From positions 1-30,183 of the forward strand of contig JACZQS010000001.1 of assembly GCA_022545625.1 (NCBI GenBank): 30,183 nt of DNA, in the 5' to 3' direction. Shown here one piece after another: positions 1 to 9,041 of the stretch (position 1 is the stretch's first letter; every line of letters starts with the position of its first letter). This stretch comes from Pseudomonadota bacterium. GTDB taxonomy: Bacteria > Pseudomonadota > Gammaproteobacteria > GCA-001735895. Under the pieces are notes generated by a model. That model was not told where the DNA came from. It saw nothing but the letters and a program-made list of their open reading frames with translations, and made no database searches. The position numbers and the translations under genes are program-made.

Positions 1-213
1 AAATTGAATTCCCACGATCACTGGTTGTGCGAGCAAATTGGTCCAGCGCTGCGCGACAAGGGACTGGTTTTTGTCGGTATCGACGTGATCGGTGATTACA
101 TCACCGAAATCAACGTCACCAGTCCCACCTGTATACGTGAGCTCGACCAGGAATTTGGTTTGAACATTAGCGCAGATCTGTTCAATTGTATCGATCAATT
201 GATTGCCGACTGA
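1..213 (+). CDS. gshB: Glutathione synthetase, C-terminal end (5' truncated by window)
   Basis: Frame open from base 1; GLVFVGIDVIGDYITEINVTSPTCIRE matches the ATP-grasp C-terminal signature of bacterial GshB; position upstream of tonB/algH as in Pseudomonas. Confidence 0.95.
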   Translation, partial: KLNSHDHWLCEQIGPALRDKGLVFVGIDVIGDYITEINVTSPTCIRELDQEFGLNISADLFNCIDQLIAD

Positions 214-1214
214 TTAAACCCCTGTTAATTGGGGTTATTCTGCTGGCAGGCTGCGAGCAGCAACCACATCTGGTCGAACAACGCATACTCCAATTCGGCA
301 CCGTCATCGATGTTAGCCTGGTACATCACGACCTGGCAAAATCCGAACAAACCCTGATCGAAATCGAGCAGCTGTTATCAGCATATCGTCAAAGCTGGCA
401 TGCCTGGGAAGACAGCGAGTTAAGCCGATTCAATTTAGCTCTGGGTAGCTCCGGGGCTGTTAAGGTTCCTGCTTCGCTGCTTGAATTAATCACTTTAAGC
501 CAGCGGTATTATCTCAGCTCAAATCGGTTATTCAACCCGGCACTGGGGAAACTGATTGCTGCCTATGGGTTCCATGGGCAAGCAGACATCGACGAAGAAC
601 TGATCAAAATTATTCAACGAGACCTTCCAACGATGGCCGATCTGGAGATTCAGGATCGGCTAGCGATTAGTCGTAACCCACATTTACAACTGGATTTCGG
701 TGGTATCGCGAAAGGTTATGCGATAGGACTGATTGCCAGTCACCTGGATCGGCTGGGGTTTGAGCACTATTTGATCAATGCCGGGGGCGATCTGATAACT
801 TCGGGAAACAAGCTTGGTAAAGCCTGGCGTATTGGCGTGAAAAATCCGTTCGAGCCGGGGGCTATCGCCAGTATCGGTCTGCTCGGCAAGCAGGCTTTAT
901 TTACTTCGGGCAATTACCAGCGTTTTTATCTTAACAACGATGAAACCGTACACCATATTATCGATCCGCGCAGCGGCGAACCATCAAAACACATCAGTTC
1001 GGCCACTGTATTGACCTCGGATCCGGTACTCGCCGACGTGGCCGCCACAACGTTGATGATAGATGGCCTAAATAATTATCGCTCCCTGGCTGGCTCACTG
1101 GGCATCGAAGATTACATGATTATTGACGACCAGCAGAGGATTACGATCTCAGGTTCGCTGGCGGGAAAAATTGAGCTGTCTGCAGGACTGATGGTTACTA
1201 TCGTCGACCAGTAG
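186..1214 (+). CDS. apbE: FAD:protein FMN transferase (ApbE family) lipoprotein
   Basis: Lipobox LLAG-C at residue 23; motifs DFGGIAKGY, INAGGD, TSGNYQR, HHIIDPRSG; TTG start uncertain (overlaps gshB by 28 nt). Confidence 0.92.
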   Translation: MYRSIDCRLIKPLLIGVILLAGCEQQPHLVEQRILQFGTVIDVSLVHHDLAKSEQTLIEIEQLLSAYRQSWHAWEDSELSRFNLALGSSGAVKVPASLLELITLSQRYYLSSNRLFNPALGKLIAAYGFHGQADIDEELIKIIQRDLPTMADLEIQDRLAISRNPHLQLDFGGIAKGYAIGLIASHLDRLGFEHYLINAGGDLITSGNKLGKAWRIGVKNPFEPGAIASIGLLGKQALFTSGNYQRFYLNNDETVHHIIDPRSGEPSKHISSATVLTSDPVLADVAATTLMIDGLNNYRSLAGSLGIEDYMIIDDQQRITISGSLAGKIELSAGLMVTIVDQ

Positions 1215-1296
1215 ATGGACCGCGAGGCTCGGGAAAACGCCGCTGATCTCGTAAATCGCTGGTTATACCTGCCCAAAGTTGGCAAAATACGGGTTA

Positions 1297-2190
1297 ATGG
1301 CACAACATGGCTCACAAACCATAACACCCCGAATCGGCGCCAGTGATCGGCTGGGATTCACGCTGTTCGTTGCGCTGATGGTCCACGCAATTGTGGTGTT
1401 GGGTGTTGGTTTTACCACCAGTAAAAAACCGAAATCTGACGCCCTACCCAGCCTGGAGATCATCGTGGCTAATTCGCGCAGCCTGGAAAAAGCGGAAAAT
1501 CCAGACTTTCTCGCGCAGGTGGATCAGTCCGGGGGTGGGAAAGCCGAGGATAAAGCGCGCCCCAGCGCACCAGCTTCGGCAAATTCTCCGCTGGATCAGC
1601 AGGGCTTCGCCAGCCAGGCAAAGTCCGAGCGGTATAGAAATCAGCTCGCTATCAACAGGATTTATTTCATTACCGAGGCCGAGTCACAATACGCGGTCGA
1701 CAAGCAGAAGCAGGTTCGTAAAAAACAAACCAGCTCAAAACAACCAGACGAAGTCGAAAAACGAAAAAGCCTGATTGCAAGTTTACAGGCAGAAATCAGG
1801 CAGATGACGATTAATTATGCCAAGCGACCGAAGTCGATCACTCTCACTGCATCGACCAAAAAAGCGGTGGAAGCGAGCTACCTGGCGAGCTGGGTAAAAA
1901 AAATTGAACGTACCGGAAATTTGAACTATCCACAGGAAGCCAGGATCAAAAAAATAGATGGTCAACTACGATTAAGTGTAAGAATTAATTCGGCAGGTAA
2001 GGTACTAGATGTTAAAATAACGCGTTCATCGGGTAGCAGTGTACTAGACGAAGCAGCAAAACGTATCCTTCGCCTGGCGGAACCATTTGCACCGTTTTCT
2101 GAAGAATTGAAACAACGTGCTGACCAGCTAGTCATCATCAGGACATGGGATTTTAAGAGCAACCGGTTGAGCACGAAGGGAAAGGTATAA
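1297..2190 (+). CDS. tonB: Energy transducer TonB family protein (TonB3-like)
   Basis: N-terminal TM helix (RLGFTLFVALMVHAIVVLGVGF), charged linker, TonB_C domain (YPQEAR..IDGQLRLSVRINSAG...SSGSSVLDEAA); conserved position before algH; ATG 1297 preferred over TTG 1279. Confidence 0.88.
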   Translation: MAQHGSQTITPRIGASDRLGFTLFVALMVHAIVVLGVGFTTSKKPKSDALPSLEIIVANSRSLEKAENPDFLAQVDQSGGGKAEDKARPSAPASANSPLDQQGFASQAKSERYRNQLAINRIYFITEAESQYAVDKQKQVRKKQTSSKQPDEVEKRKSLIASLQAEIRQMTINYAKRPKSITLTASTKKAVEASYLASWVKKIERTGNLNYPQEARIKKIDGQLRLSVRINSAGKVLDVKITRSSGSSVLDEAAKRILRLAEPFAPFSEELKQRADQLVIIRTWDFKSNRLSTKGKV

Positions 2191-2210
2191 CTCTCCATCA
2201 AGGTGGTATT

Positions 2211-2777
2211 ATGACCGAGGATAAAGCAAACTTAGTCGATAAGTGCCTGATCGCGACCCCCGCGATCAAGGATCCGCTGTTTGCCTCCAGCCTGGTTTAC
2301 ATTTGCGAGCACAGCAAGGATGGCACCATGGGGTTGGTTATCAATCATCAAACCAACCAAACGCTGGAAGATATATTTATCCAGCTTGATATTGAATGCC
2401 TCGACGAGGCAATCAAGCAGCAGCCAGTTTTTATCGGCGGACCGGTCCAGCTCGAACAGGGGTTCGTGTTACACACCACTACCGAAAACTGGCAAAAATC
2501 GGCTGAAATTTCTCCCGGCATTCACCTGACTAGCTCGATGGATATCCTGCAGGCAATTGCCGATAACAAGGGACCCGAGGATTATCTGGTAATTTTGGGC
2601 TTTTCCGGGTGGGCTTCCGGGCAACTCGAATCGGAACTACAGCAAAACTCGTGGCTCACTTCAGCTTCGGGCGCGGAATTATTGTTTCATAAGCAGCCCG
2701 GTGATAAGTGGCAGATGGCCTTCGATACACTGGGATTCGATATCAGCATGCTATCGCCTGTGAGCGGGAATGCCTGA
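2211..2777 (+). CDS. algH: YqgE/AlgH family protein (UPF0301)
   Basis: LIATPAIKDPLFASSLVYICEH..GTMGLVIN, VFIGGPV, GFSGWASGQLESELQQNSWL. Confidence 0.95.
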   Translation: MTEDKANLVDKCLIATPAIKDPLFASSLVYICEHSKDGTMGLVINHQTNQTLEDIFIQLDIECLDEAIKQQPVFIGGPVQLEQGFVLHTTTENWQKSAEISPGIHLTSSMDILQAIADNKGPEDYLVILGFSGWASGQLESELQQNSWLTSASGAELLFHKQPGDKWQMAFDTLGFDISMLSPVSGNA

Positions 2778-3210
2778 TGCCGCCATCGAAACCGTAATCG
2801 GATTTGATTACGGTACCAGCTGGATTGGTATCGCGGTCGGCCAGACCCTGACTGCCCAGGCCAGGCCGTTAAGCGCAATAAAATCCTTTAAGCGGTCACC
2901 CAACTGGGAGGCAATATCACTATTACTCAGTGAATGGAAACCACAGAAATTGATCGTCGGGCTGCCGACTTCGGACTATTCCGAAACGAAATACATGACC
3001 GACAAGGCCAGTCGCTTCAGTCGCCAGTTACATGGCAGATTCCACATTGATACCCAGCTGATCGATGAAAGACTGACCACCCGCGAGGCATATACCATCG
3101 CGATCGCCAGCCGAAAACGCAAAAGCAAGTCGGAAATCGATAGTTTGTCAGCAGTACTGATAACAGAGACCTGGCTACGCGAGTATCAGCGCCAACTAGG
3201 CGAAGCCTAA
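2770..3210 (+). CDS. yqgF: Holliday junction resolvase-like pre-16S rRNA nuclease YqgF/RuvX
   Basis: GFDYGTSWIGIAVG, LIVGLP, IDERLTT, IDSLSAVLI; 8-nt overlap with algH. Confidence 0.95.
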   Translation: MPDAAIETVIGFDYGTSWIGIAVGQTLTAQARPLSAIKSFKRSPNWEAISLLLSEWKPQKLIVGLPTSDYSETKYMTDKASRFSRQLHGRFHIDTQLIDERLTTREAYTIAIASRKRKSKSEIDSLSAVLITETWLREYQRQLGEA

Positions 3211-3252
3211 TTGGCTGTTAATATAAGAGTTTTATCCTCGATTACGCCAAAT

Positions 3253-3710
3253 TTTTTCGCACATAAATACTCTTAATACTTCGTAGTTAATTATGAGTAA
3301 GTGCGCGAGTCACTTTTCTTACCGGCGAGAAAAGTAACCAAAAGCGCCGCCCCCGAACAAGCCCTTCATCAGAAAAATAATGTCCATATCGAGGTCGGTT
3401 TACACGCGCTCCTGGCACGGGTAAACCTAAAACAGCTTCCCTGCTGTTTTACCCCAATCTGAACACTATTTTTCTGCGGGCTTGAAAGGGGGATTAAAAC
3501 AAAAAGCAAAGCATAACGTCATTCCGGCCTCCGAGCCGGAATCTTACAACAATTCGCATTCACCAGATTCCGGCTCTACGGCCGGAATGACGGTTGTCTC
3601 TTTTGATCGCCCTTTTCTTGGTTACTTCTTTTGGGCAAACAAAATGAAGTGACTCGCGCATTTACTCCCTAATTAACTACGAAGTGAGGAAAGTAGTGGT
3701 GTGCGAAAAA
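3253..3710. mobile_element. Non-autonomous MITE-like element with long imperfect terminal inverted repeats
   Basis: 3278-3315 ACTTCGTAGTTAATTATGAGTAAGTGCGCGAGTCACTT is the reverse complement of 3647-3685 with 2 mismatches and 1 gap; the IR extends outward (TTTTTCGCACA / TGTGCGAAAAA) and inward (AAGTAACCAA / TTGGTTACTT); no ORF of 60 aa or more inside; no clear target duplication. Confidence 0.75.
3517..3592. repeat. Inverted pair of CGTC-tagged REP palindromes (REPIN-like doublet)
   Basis: CGTC-ATTCCGGC-ctccga-GCCGGAAT-C (3517-3543) and inverted copy G-ATTCCGGC-tctacg-GCCGGAAT-GACG (3566-3592), 22-nt spacer. Confidence 0.85.
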
Positions 3711-3803
3711 CCTTCCTGTTCGAGATATTTCACCAAATTACGTACAGGTAGATTTCGTAGAATAAATAAAATCAAACCAACTACTGTATGAATATAAAAA
3801 TTA

Positions 3804-3812
3804 TGCTATAAA
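3804..3812 (+). promoter_or_regulatory. Possible extended -10 promoter (TG-c-TATAAA) for pyrR-pyrB-pyrC'
   Basis: TGCTATAAA in an AT-rich stretch just upstream of pyrR; no good -35. Confidence 0.35.
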
Positions 3813-3826
3813 GCCCCCCGAGTTCA

Positions 3827-4363
3827 ATGCATGGAAATTACGTGGCACTACCCTCAGTCGAAACTCTGATTGATAAGCTGACCCAGGCACTGAAACCCTA
3901 TTTCCCATCGAATCTTCCCCCCGCTGAGCAACCTGTCATTATCGGTATCGAAACCGGTGGATACTGGATAGCCAACGCGATACATCAGGCCATTGCTCCG
4001 GAAACCGACCTGGGCCGACTGAATATTACTTTTTACCGGGATGACTTTACCAAAATCGGTTTACACCCAACCGTAAAGCCCTCGATCTTGCCCACTGGTA
4101 TCGACGGCAAAACAGTTATCCTGGTAGACGATGTATTATATTCAGGTCGGACGATTCGTGCGGCAATGAACGAAATTTTTGATTACGGTCGTCCACAACA
4201 AATAATCCTCGCCATTCTAATCGATCGGGGTGAGCGCGAGATTCCGATCCAGGCTGATATAGTCGCCGAAACTATCCAGCTTGATCCGGGTAATCACATT
4301 AAACTCGATGGCCCAAACCCACTTCAACTGACGATCAAATCCAATCTCGACAATGTCAGCTAA
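3827..4363 (+). CDS. pyrR: Bifunctional pyr regulator / uracil phosphoribosyltransferase PyrR
   Basis: [13 protein letters not shown]-binding [32 protein letters not shown]; start may be GTG 3842. Confidence 0.95.
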   Translation: MHGNYVALPSVETLIDKLTQALKPYFPSNLPPAEQPVIIGIETGGYWIANAIHQAIAPETDLGRLNITFYRDDFTKIGLHPTVKPSILPTGIDGKTVILVDDVLYSGRTIRAAMNEIFDYGRPQQIILAILIDRGEREIPIQADIVAETIQLDPGNHIKLDGPNPLQLTIKSNLDNVS

Positions 4364-5327
4364 AAACCTACAGCTCGATGAAAACGGTAAACTACAACAT
4401 TTTCTTAGTATCGAAGGTTTAAATCAGCAGATAATTACCGAGATTCTCGATACCGCCGAGTCCTTCACCTCGGTGGCTGACCGGGTGATCAAAAAAGTAC
4501 CGATTTTACGGGGTAAGACGGTTGCCAACCTGTTCTTTGAGCCCAGCACTCGTACCCGTTCGACATTTGAACTCGCCGAACAACGACTGTCCGCAGATAT
4601 TCTGAGCCTGAATGTCGATACCTCGGCAACCACCAAGGGAGAATCACTGCTCGATACCATCCATAATCTCGAGGCGATGCAAATTGATATGTTTGTAATC
4701 CGTCATAAGGACAGTGGCAGCGCGCATTTCTTTGCCCAACATGTGCGACCCGGTGTTAGCGTATTGAACGCCGGCGACGGGCAACACGAACACCCGACCC
4801 AGGCGATGCTCGACCTGTATACGATCCGCCACCATAAGCAGGATTTTACCCGTCTGAAGATAGCGATAGTTGGCGATATCATGCATTCACGCGTCGCTCG
4901 TTCGCAGATCCATGCACTTAATCTACTCAATACTGCCGAGGTGCGCGTGATCGCCCCCAAGACACTATTGCCGGTCGATACGGAATCGTTGGGAGTGCAG
5001 TTGTACGATGATCTGGAACGGGGACTTCGGGATGTTGACGTTGTAATCATGTTACGCCTGCAAAAAGAACGCATGAGCAGTGCGCTGCTACCCAGCGAAA
5101 ATGAGTATTTCAACCAGTTTGGATTGACCCAGGAACGGCTCGACCGGGCAAACCCCGATGCCATCGTGATGCACCCCGGGCCCGCCAATCGCGGTGTTGA
5201 AATCGAATCCAGTGTCATGGATGGCAACCAGTCGGTAATTTTGCAGCAGGTGGGTTTTGGTATTTCGGTACGAATGGCCGTCATGTCAATCATCGTCGGT
5301 CGTACAGGATTACAGGTCAGCGAATGA
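4353..5327 (+). CDS. pyrB: Aspartate carbamoyltransferase catalytic subunit (Pseudomonas-type)
   Basis: [42 protein letters not shown]. Confidence 0.98.
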   Translation: MSAKNLQLDENGKLQHFLSIEGLNQQIITEILDTAESFTSVADRVIKKVPILRGKTVANLFFEPSTRTRSTFELAEQRLSADILSLNVDTSATTKGESLLDTIHNLEAMQIDMFVIRHKDSGSAHFFAQHVRPGVSVLNAGDGQHEHPTQAMLDLYTIRHHKQDFTRLKIAIVGDIMHSRVARSQIHALNLLNTAEVRVIAPKTLLPVDTESLGVQLYDDLERGLRDVDVVIMLRLQKERMSSALLPSENEYFNQFGLTQERLDRANPDAIVMHPGPANRGVEIESSVMDGNQSVILQQVGFGISVRMAVMSIIVGRTGLQVSE

Positions 5328-6595
5328 CAATTCTTATTAAAAATGGCCTTTTGATTGACCCTGTTGGAGCAAGTGAGTCAAAAAGCGATGTCTTTATCGA
5401 TGGTAATCTGGTGGTTGGCATCGGTAAACCACCTGCCGGATTTAAACCGCAGCAAACCATCGATGCGAAGGGGTATTGGGTAATCCCGGGGCTGGTAGAC
5501 GGCCAGGCAAGACTCAGGGAACCGGGTCAAACTCACAAGGCAAATATTGCTTCGGAATCCGCTGCCGCGGTAAAAAACGGAATAACCAGCCTGTGTATAC
5601 CGCCGGATACTCAACCAGTGATAGATAACACGGCCGTTGTTGATTTGATACATCATCGAAATGCGAAAGCTGGCAATCAATGCCATATTTATACCATCGG
5701 TGCCCTGTCACAGGCATTAGAGGGCGAACATCTCTGTAATATGGCGAGCCTGAAAGCGAACGGCACCATCGCATTCAGCAATGCCGGGCGTCCTTTTATC
5801 AATAATCTGGTCCAGCGCCGGGCGATGGAATATGCCGCAGGGGTGGACATGTTGGTAATCATCCATCCCCGGGACAGTGATTTATATGCCGATGGCTGTG
5901 TACACGAAAGTGCCGTATCCACCCGACTCGGTTTACCGGCAATCCCCGAGGCCGCAGAAACTGCAGCGCTGGCAAAGGATATCGAGCTTGTTGCCCAGAC
6001 TGGAGCCAGAACCCATTTTGGCCAGTTATCCTGCGCAAGGTCGGTCGACATGATTCGACAGGCCAAGGCCAATGGACTGCCGATAACCGCAGATTGTGCG
6101 ATGCATCAGCTTTTTCTCACCGATCATGACATTGGTGAATTCGATACCAACAAGCTGACAATGCCGCCGCTTCGCAGCCAGTACGACAAGCAGGCGCTTC
6201 GTGACGGGGTTGCCGATGGCACTATCGACAGCATTTGCTCAGACCATCAACCGCACGAAATCGATGCCAAACTACGCCCCTTCCCTTCGGCCGAACCCGG
6301 TATCAGTGCATTTGATACTCTACTGCCGCTGGCAATTCGTCTGGTCGAAGAAAATATACTGTCAATTCCAGCGGTGATCGCGAAACTCAGTATTAACCCT
6401 GCTCGCATTCTTGGGCTTCCTGCCGGTCAAATAGCGCCGGGAGAGTTGGCGGATATAGTTATTGTCGATCCAGACGCCCACTGGTACTGCGAGGGTAAAA
6501 ACTTTGCTTCCAGGGGTAAAAACACTGCCTTTGAAGGCTGGGATTTTAATGGTCGCGTGAAGCAGACATTGGTAGCGGGACAGATCGTTTATTGA
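5324..6595 (+). CDS. pyrC: Dihydroorotase-like protein PyrC' (probably catalytically inactive ATCase scaffold subunit)
   Basis: Amidohydrolase fold (LREPG, SDHQPH); the D-x-H-x-H metal motif reads DGQAR; 4-nt overlap with pyrB. Confidence 0.9.
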   Translation: MTILIKNGLLIDPVGASESKSDVFIDGNLVVGIGKPPAGFKPQQTIDAKGYWVIPGLVDGQARLREPGQTHKANIASESAAAVKNGITSLCIPPDTQPVIDNTAVVDLIHHRNAKAGNQCHIYTIGALSQALEGEHLCNMASLKANGTIAFSNAGRPFINNLVQRRAMEYAAGVDMLVIIHPRDSDLYADGCVHESAVSTRLGLPAIPEAAETAALAKDIELVAQTGARTHFGQLSCARSVDMIRQAKANGLPITADCAMHQLFLTDHDIGEFDTNKLTMPPLRSQYDKQALRDGVADGTIDSICSDHQPHEIDAKLRPFPSAEPGISAFDTLLPLAIRLVEENILSIPAVIAKLSINPARILGLPAGQIAPGELADIVIVDPDAHWYCEGKNFASRGKNTAFEGWDFNGRVKQTLVAGQIVY

Positions 6596-6627
6596 GTGCG
6601 GCCTGGAAAAATTCAAATTATTTAAAT

Positions 6628-6665
6628 TAATAAATCCGACAATCAGTTGGCTTGTCGATTTATTA
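6628..6665. terminator. Bidirectional terminator-like hairpin between convergent pyrC' and pilU-like genes
   Basis: TAATAAAT-c-CGACAA / TTGTCG-ATTTATTA inverted repeat, 9-nt loop. Confidence 0.55.
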
Positions 6666-6684
6666 CAGCCTGGGTTGTCGAGGT

Positions 6685-7845
6685 TTAAACCTCTTCTGAA
6701 GGCAGGGTCAGATCTTCCAGGCCATCCAGCTGACTCAGATTCTGGCGCGTATCCTGTTTGTTTTGTTCACCACCAAAATTAATTTTCCACTCAAGGTTGG
6801 TACTTGAATCAGCATAGGCTAGCGCATTCTTGATCGAAATCTTGTCGGCCTTGTACAGATCATACAGTGACTGGTCAAAGGTCTGCATACCGGCAGTATC
6901 ACCTTTTTCCATGATTTCCTTAATCTGGTTAAAATTACCCTCGCGCAATAGCTCTTTGATGTAGGGAGTGTTTACCATCACCTCGACCGCACAGGCGAGT
7001 TTGCCTTTCATGCCAGGTACCAGGCGTTGCGAGATAATTGCCTTCAGATTCAGCGACAGGTCCATCAACAGTTGCCTGTGCATATCGGTAGGAAACATAT
7101 TCAACATTCGATCCATCGCCTGATTTGAATTTACCGCGTGTAAAGTGGTCAGGCACAGGTGGCCCGTATCGGCGAAATTGATGGCCGCTTTCATGGTTTC
7201 GGCATCCCGCGCTTCACCAATCATAATCACTTCCGGCGCTTCACGCAGCGCCTCTCTTAAAGCGTTTTCGTAGCTGAGTGTGTCAATACCAACTTCACGC
7301 TGCGAAACAATTGCCTGGTCATGCTTGAAAACAAATTCGATTGGATCTTCAATGGTAAGAATATGACCACCTTCGAGATTGTTGCGATAGTTGATCATCG
7401 ACGCCAGGGTAGTAGACTTGCCAGACCCGGTAGATCCAACCACCAGTACCAGGCCGGACTGATTCATCACGATTTTTTTCAAAATTTTCGGTAACCCAAG
7501 TTGTTCGATAGTCGGAATCTCCCACTTGATATACCTGATTACCATCGATACCTCGGAGCGCTGGATAAAAATATTCACCCGGAAGCGGCCCACGCCCGCG
7601 AGGGTGAATCCGAGGTTCATCTCGCGGTTAATTTCGAAATCACGGATCTGCTCGTCATTCAGTAAACTATAGGCAAGAGCCTGTACCTGGCCGGTATGAA
7701 AAGCATTTTTTGCAATCGCTGCGGTTTTTCCCTGCACCTTCATATTTGGTGGTGCAGCAGTCACGAAGTACAGGTCCGACGCCTGTTTATCGACCATTAT
7801 TTTCAGGTAAGGCTCGAGTAACTTGGTAGTATTTTCGCTGCTCAT
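6685..7845 (-). CDS. pilU: Second PilU-like type IV pilus retraction ATPase (PilT/PilU family)
   Basis: Walker A GSTGSGKST, TIEDPIE, Walker B IMIGEARD, TTLH, LLMDLSLNL; ATGA overlap with the upstream pilU. Confidence 0.9.
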   Translation of the reverse strand: MSSENTTKLLEPYLKIMVDKQASDLYFVTAAPPNMKVQGKTAAIAKNAFHTGQVQALAYSLLNDEQIRDFEINREMNLGFTLAGVGRFRVNIFIQRSEVSMVIRYIKWEIPTIEQLGLPKILKKIVMNQSGLVLVVGSTGSGKSTTLASMINYRNNLEGGHILTIEDPIEFVFKHDQAIVSQREVGIDTLSYENALREALREAPEVIMIGEARDAETMKAAINFADTGHLCLTTLHAVNSNQAMDRMLNMFPTDMHRQLLMDLSLNLKAIISQRLVPGMKGKLACAVEVMVNTPYIKELLREGNFNQIKEIMEKGDTAGMQTFDQSLYDLYKADKISIKNALAYADSSTNLEWKINFGGEQNKQDTRQNLSQLDGLEDLTLPSEEV

Positions 7846-9011
7846 ATCATCCCACTACGCTTATTGTCGTCGGGCTCCTCCATTTCGAAATCACGCTCAT
7901 CCTCAGCCACCCCGGACGCTTTAGCAGTTTTACTATGTAGTTTGATTCGCAGGCGGATATCATTAATTGAATCTGCGTTGCGAAGCGCATCTTCAAAGGT
8001 GATTTTTTTGTCTTCAAACAGATCGTACAGGGCCTGATCAAAGGTTTGCATGCCTGCTTCGTTGGACTTCGAAATCAGGGTTTTCATTTCATGCACGTCG
8101 CCCTTGAAAATCAAATCGGCCATCAGCGGAGAATTGATCATCACTTCGACGGCCGGGATGCGGCCGGTCTCGCCTAGATTCGGAATCAAACGCTGCGAGA
8201 TCAGACCTTTCAAATTTAACGACAAATCCATCAATAGCTGTGATCGTCGATCGTCCGGGAAAAAGTTGATAATCCGATCCAGCGCCTGATTGGTATTGTT
8301 GGCGTGCAGTGTAGTCAGGCACAGGTGCCCTGTTTCAGCAAATGTTATTGCATGCTCCATAGTCTCGCGATCACGAACTTCGCCTATCAGAATAACGTCG
8401 GGCGCCTGGCGCAGGGTATTTTTCAGCGCAATCGCGTAGGTTTCAGTATCTACCCCGACTTCGCGCTGGGTCACTAGGCAGTTGCCGTGTTCATGGATGA
8501 ATTCAACCGGGTCCTCTATGGTAATGATATGCCCGTGGCTATGCCTATTGCGGTAATCAACCATCGATGCCAATGAAGTCGATTTACCCGAGCCGGTCCC
8601 ACCAACAAATATTACAAGTCCACGTTTGGTCATCGCGATGTCCTGCAGGATATCGGGTAGATTTAACTCCGCAAAACTGGGAATCTCGGAATTGATAATT
8701 CGCAACACCAGCCCGGTACAGCCCCTTTGCACAAAGGCATTAACACGAAAACGTGCCACCCCGGTCAACGCAATAGAAAAATTACATTCCTGATTTTCCT
8801 CGAACTCGGAAACCTGCTTATCGTTCATAATTGAACGGGCTAGCATCTGGGTATGGCTAGGGGATAGGCTCTGCTTTGAAACTACCTTTACCTTACCGTC
8901 GATTTTCATCGCTGGTGGAGAACCCGAGGTGATGAATATATCCGACCCGTCCTTACTGACAATCATGCGCATCAAGTCGTGCATGAAACTTATTGCCTTA
9001 TTTCGATCCAT
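7842..9011 (-). CDS. pilU: Type IV pilus ATPase PilU
   Basis: GGTGSGKST, LKNTLRQAPDVILIGEVRD, TTLHANN, LLMDLSLNL; directly downstream of pilT. Confidence 0.95.
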   Translation of the reverse strand: MDRNKAISFMHDLMRMIVSKDGSDIFITSGSPPAMKIDGKVKVVSKQSLSPSHTQMLARSIMNDKQVSEFEENQECNFSIALTGVARFRVNAFVQRGCTGLVLRIINSEIPSFAELNLPDILQDIAMTKRGLVIFVGGTGSGKSTSLASMVDYRNRHSHGHIITIEDPVEFIHEHGNCLVTQREVGVDTETYAIALKNTLRQAPDVILIGEVRDRETMEHAITFAETGHLCLTTLHANNTNQALDRIINFFPDDRRSQLLMDLSLNLKGLISQRLIPNLGETGRIPAVEVMINSPLMADLIFKGDVHEMKTLISKSNEAGMQTFDQALYDLFEDKKITFEDALRNADSINDIRLRIKLHSKTAKASGVAEDERDFEMEEPDDNKRSGMI

Positions 9012-9041
9012 TACCCATTCCTATAATTAACTTCACAGTAT

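Noticed and set aside
1215-1346. 43-codon ORF starting right after the apbE stop
   Set aside because: Overlaps the tonB start out of frame, has no features, and its length is within chance expectation.
3253-3710. CRISPR array or tRNA in the yqgF-pyrR gap
   Set aside because: Repeats are inverted and nested, not regularly spaced direct repeats; no cas genes; no cloverleaf with T-loop or CCA end seen.
3782-3801. LexA-box-like TACTGTATGAATATAAAAAT upstream of pyrR
   Set aside because: Left half matches but the essential right-hand CAG is absent (AAAA instead of ACAG).
4703-5293. 196-aa antisense ORF inside pyrB
   Set aside because: Entirely antisense to a highly conserved gene, no recognisable motif; typical shadow frame.
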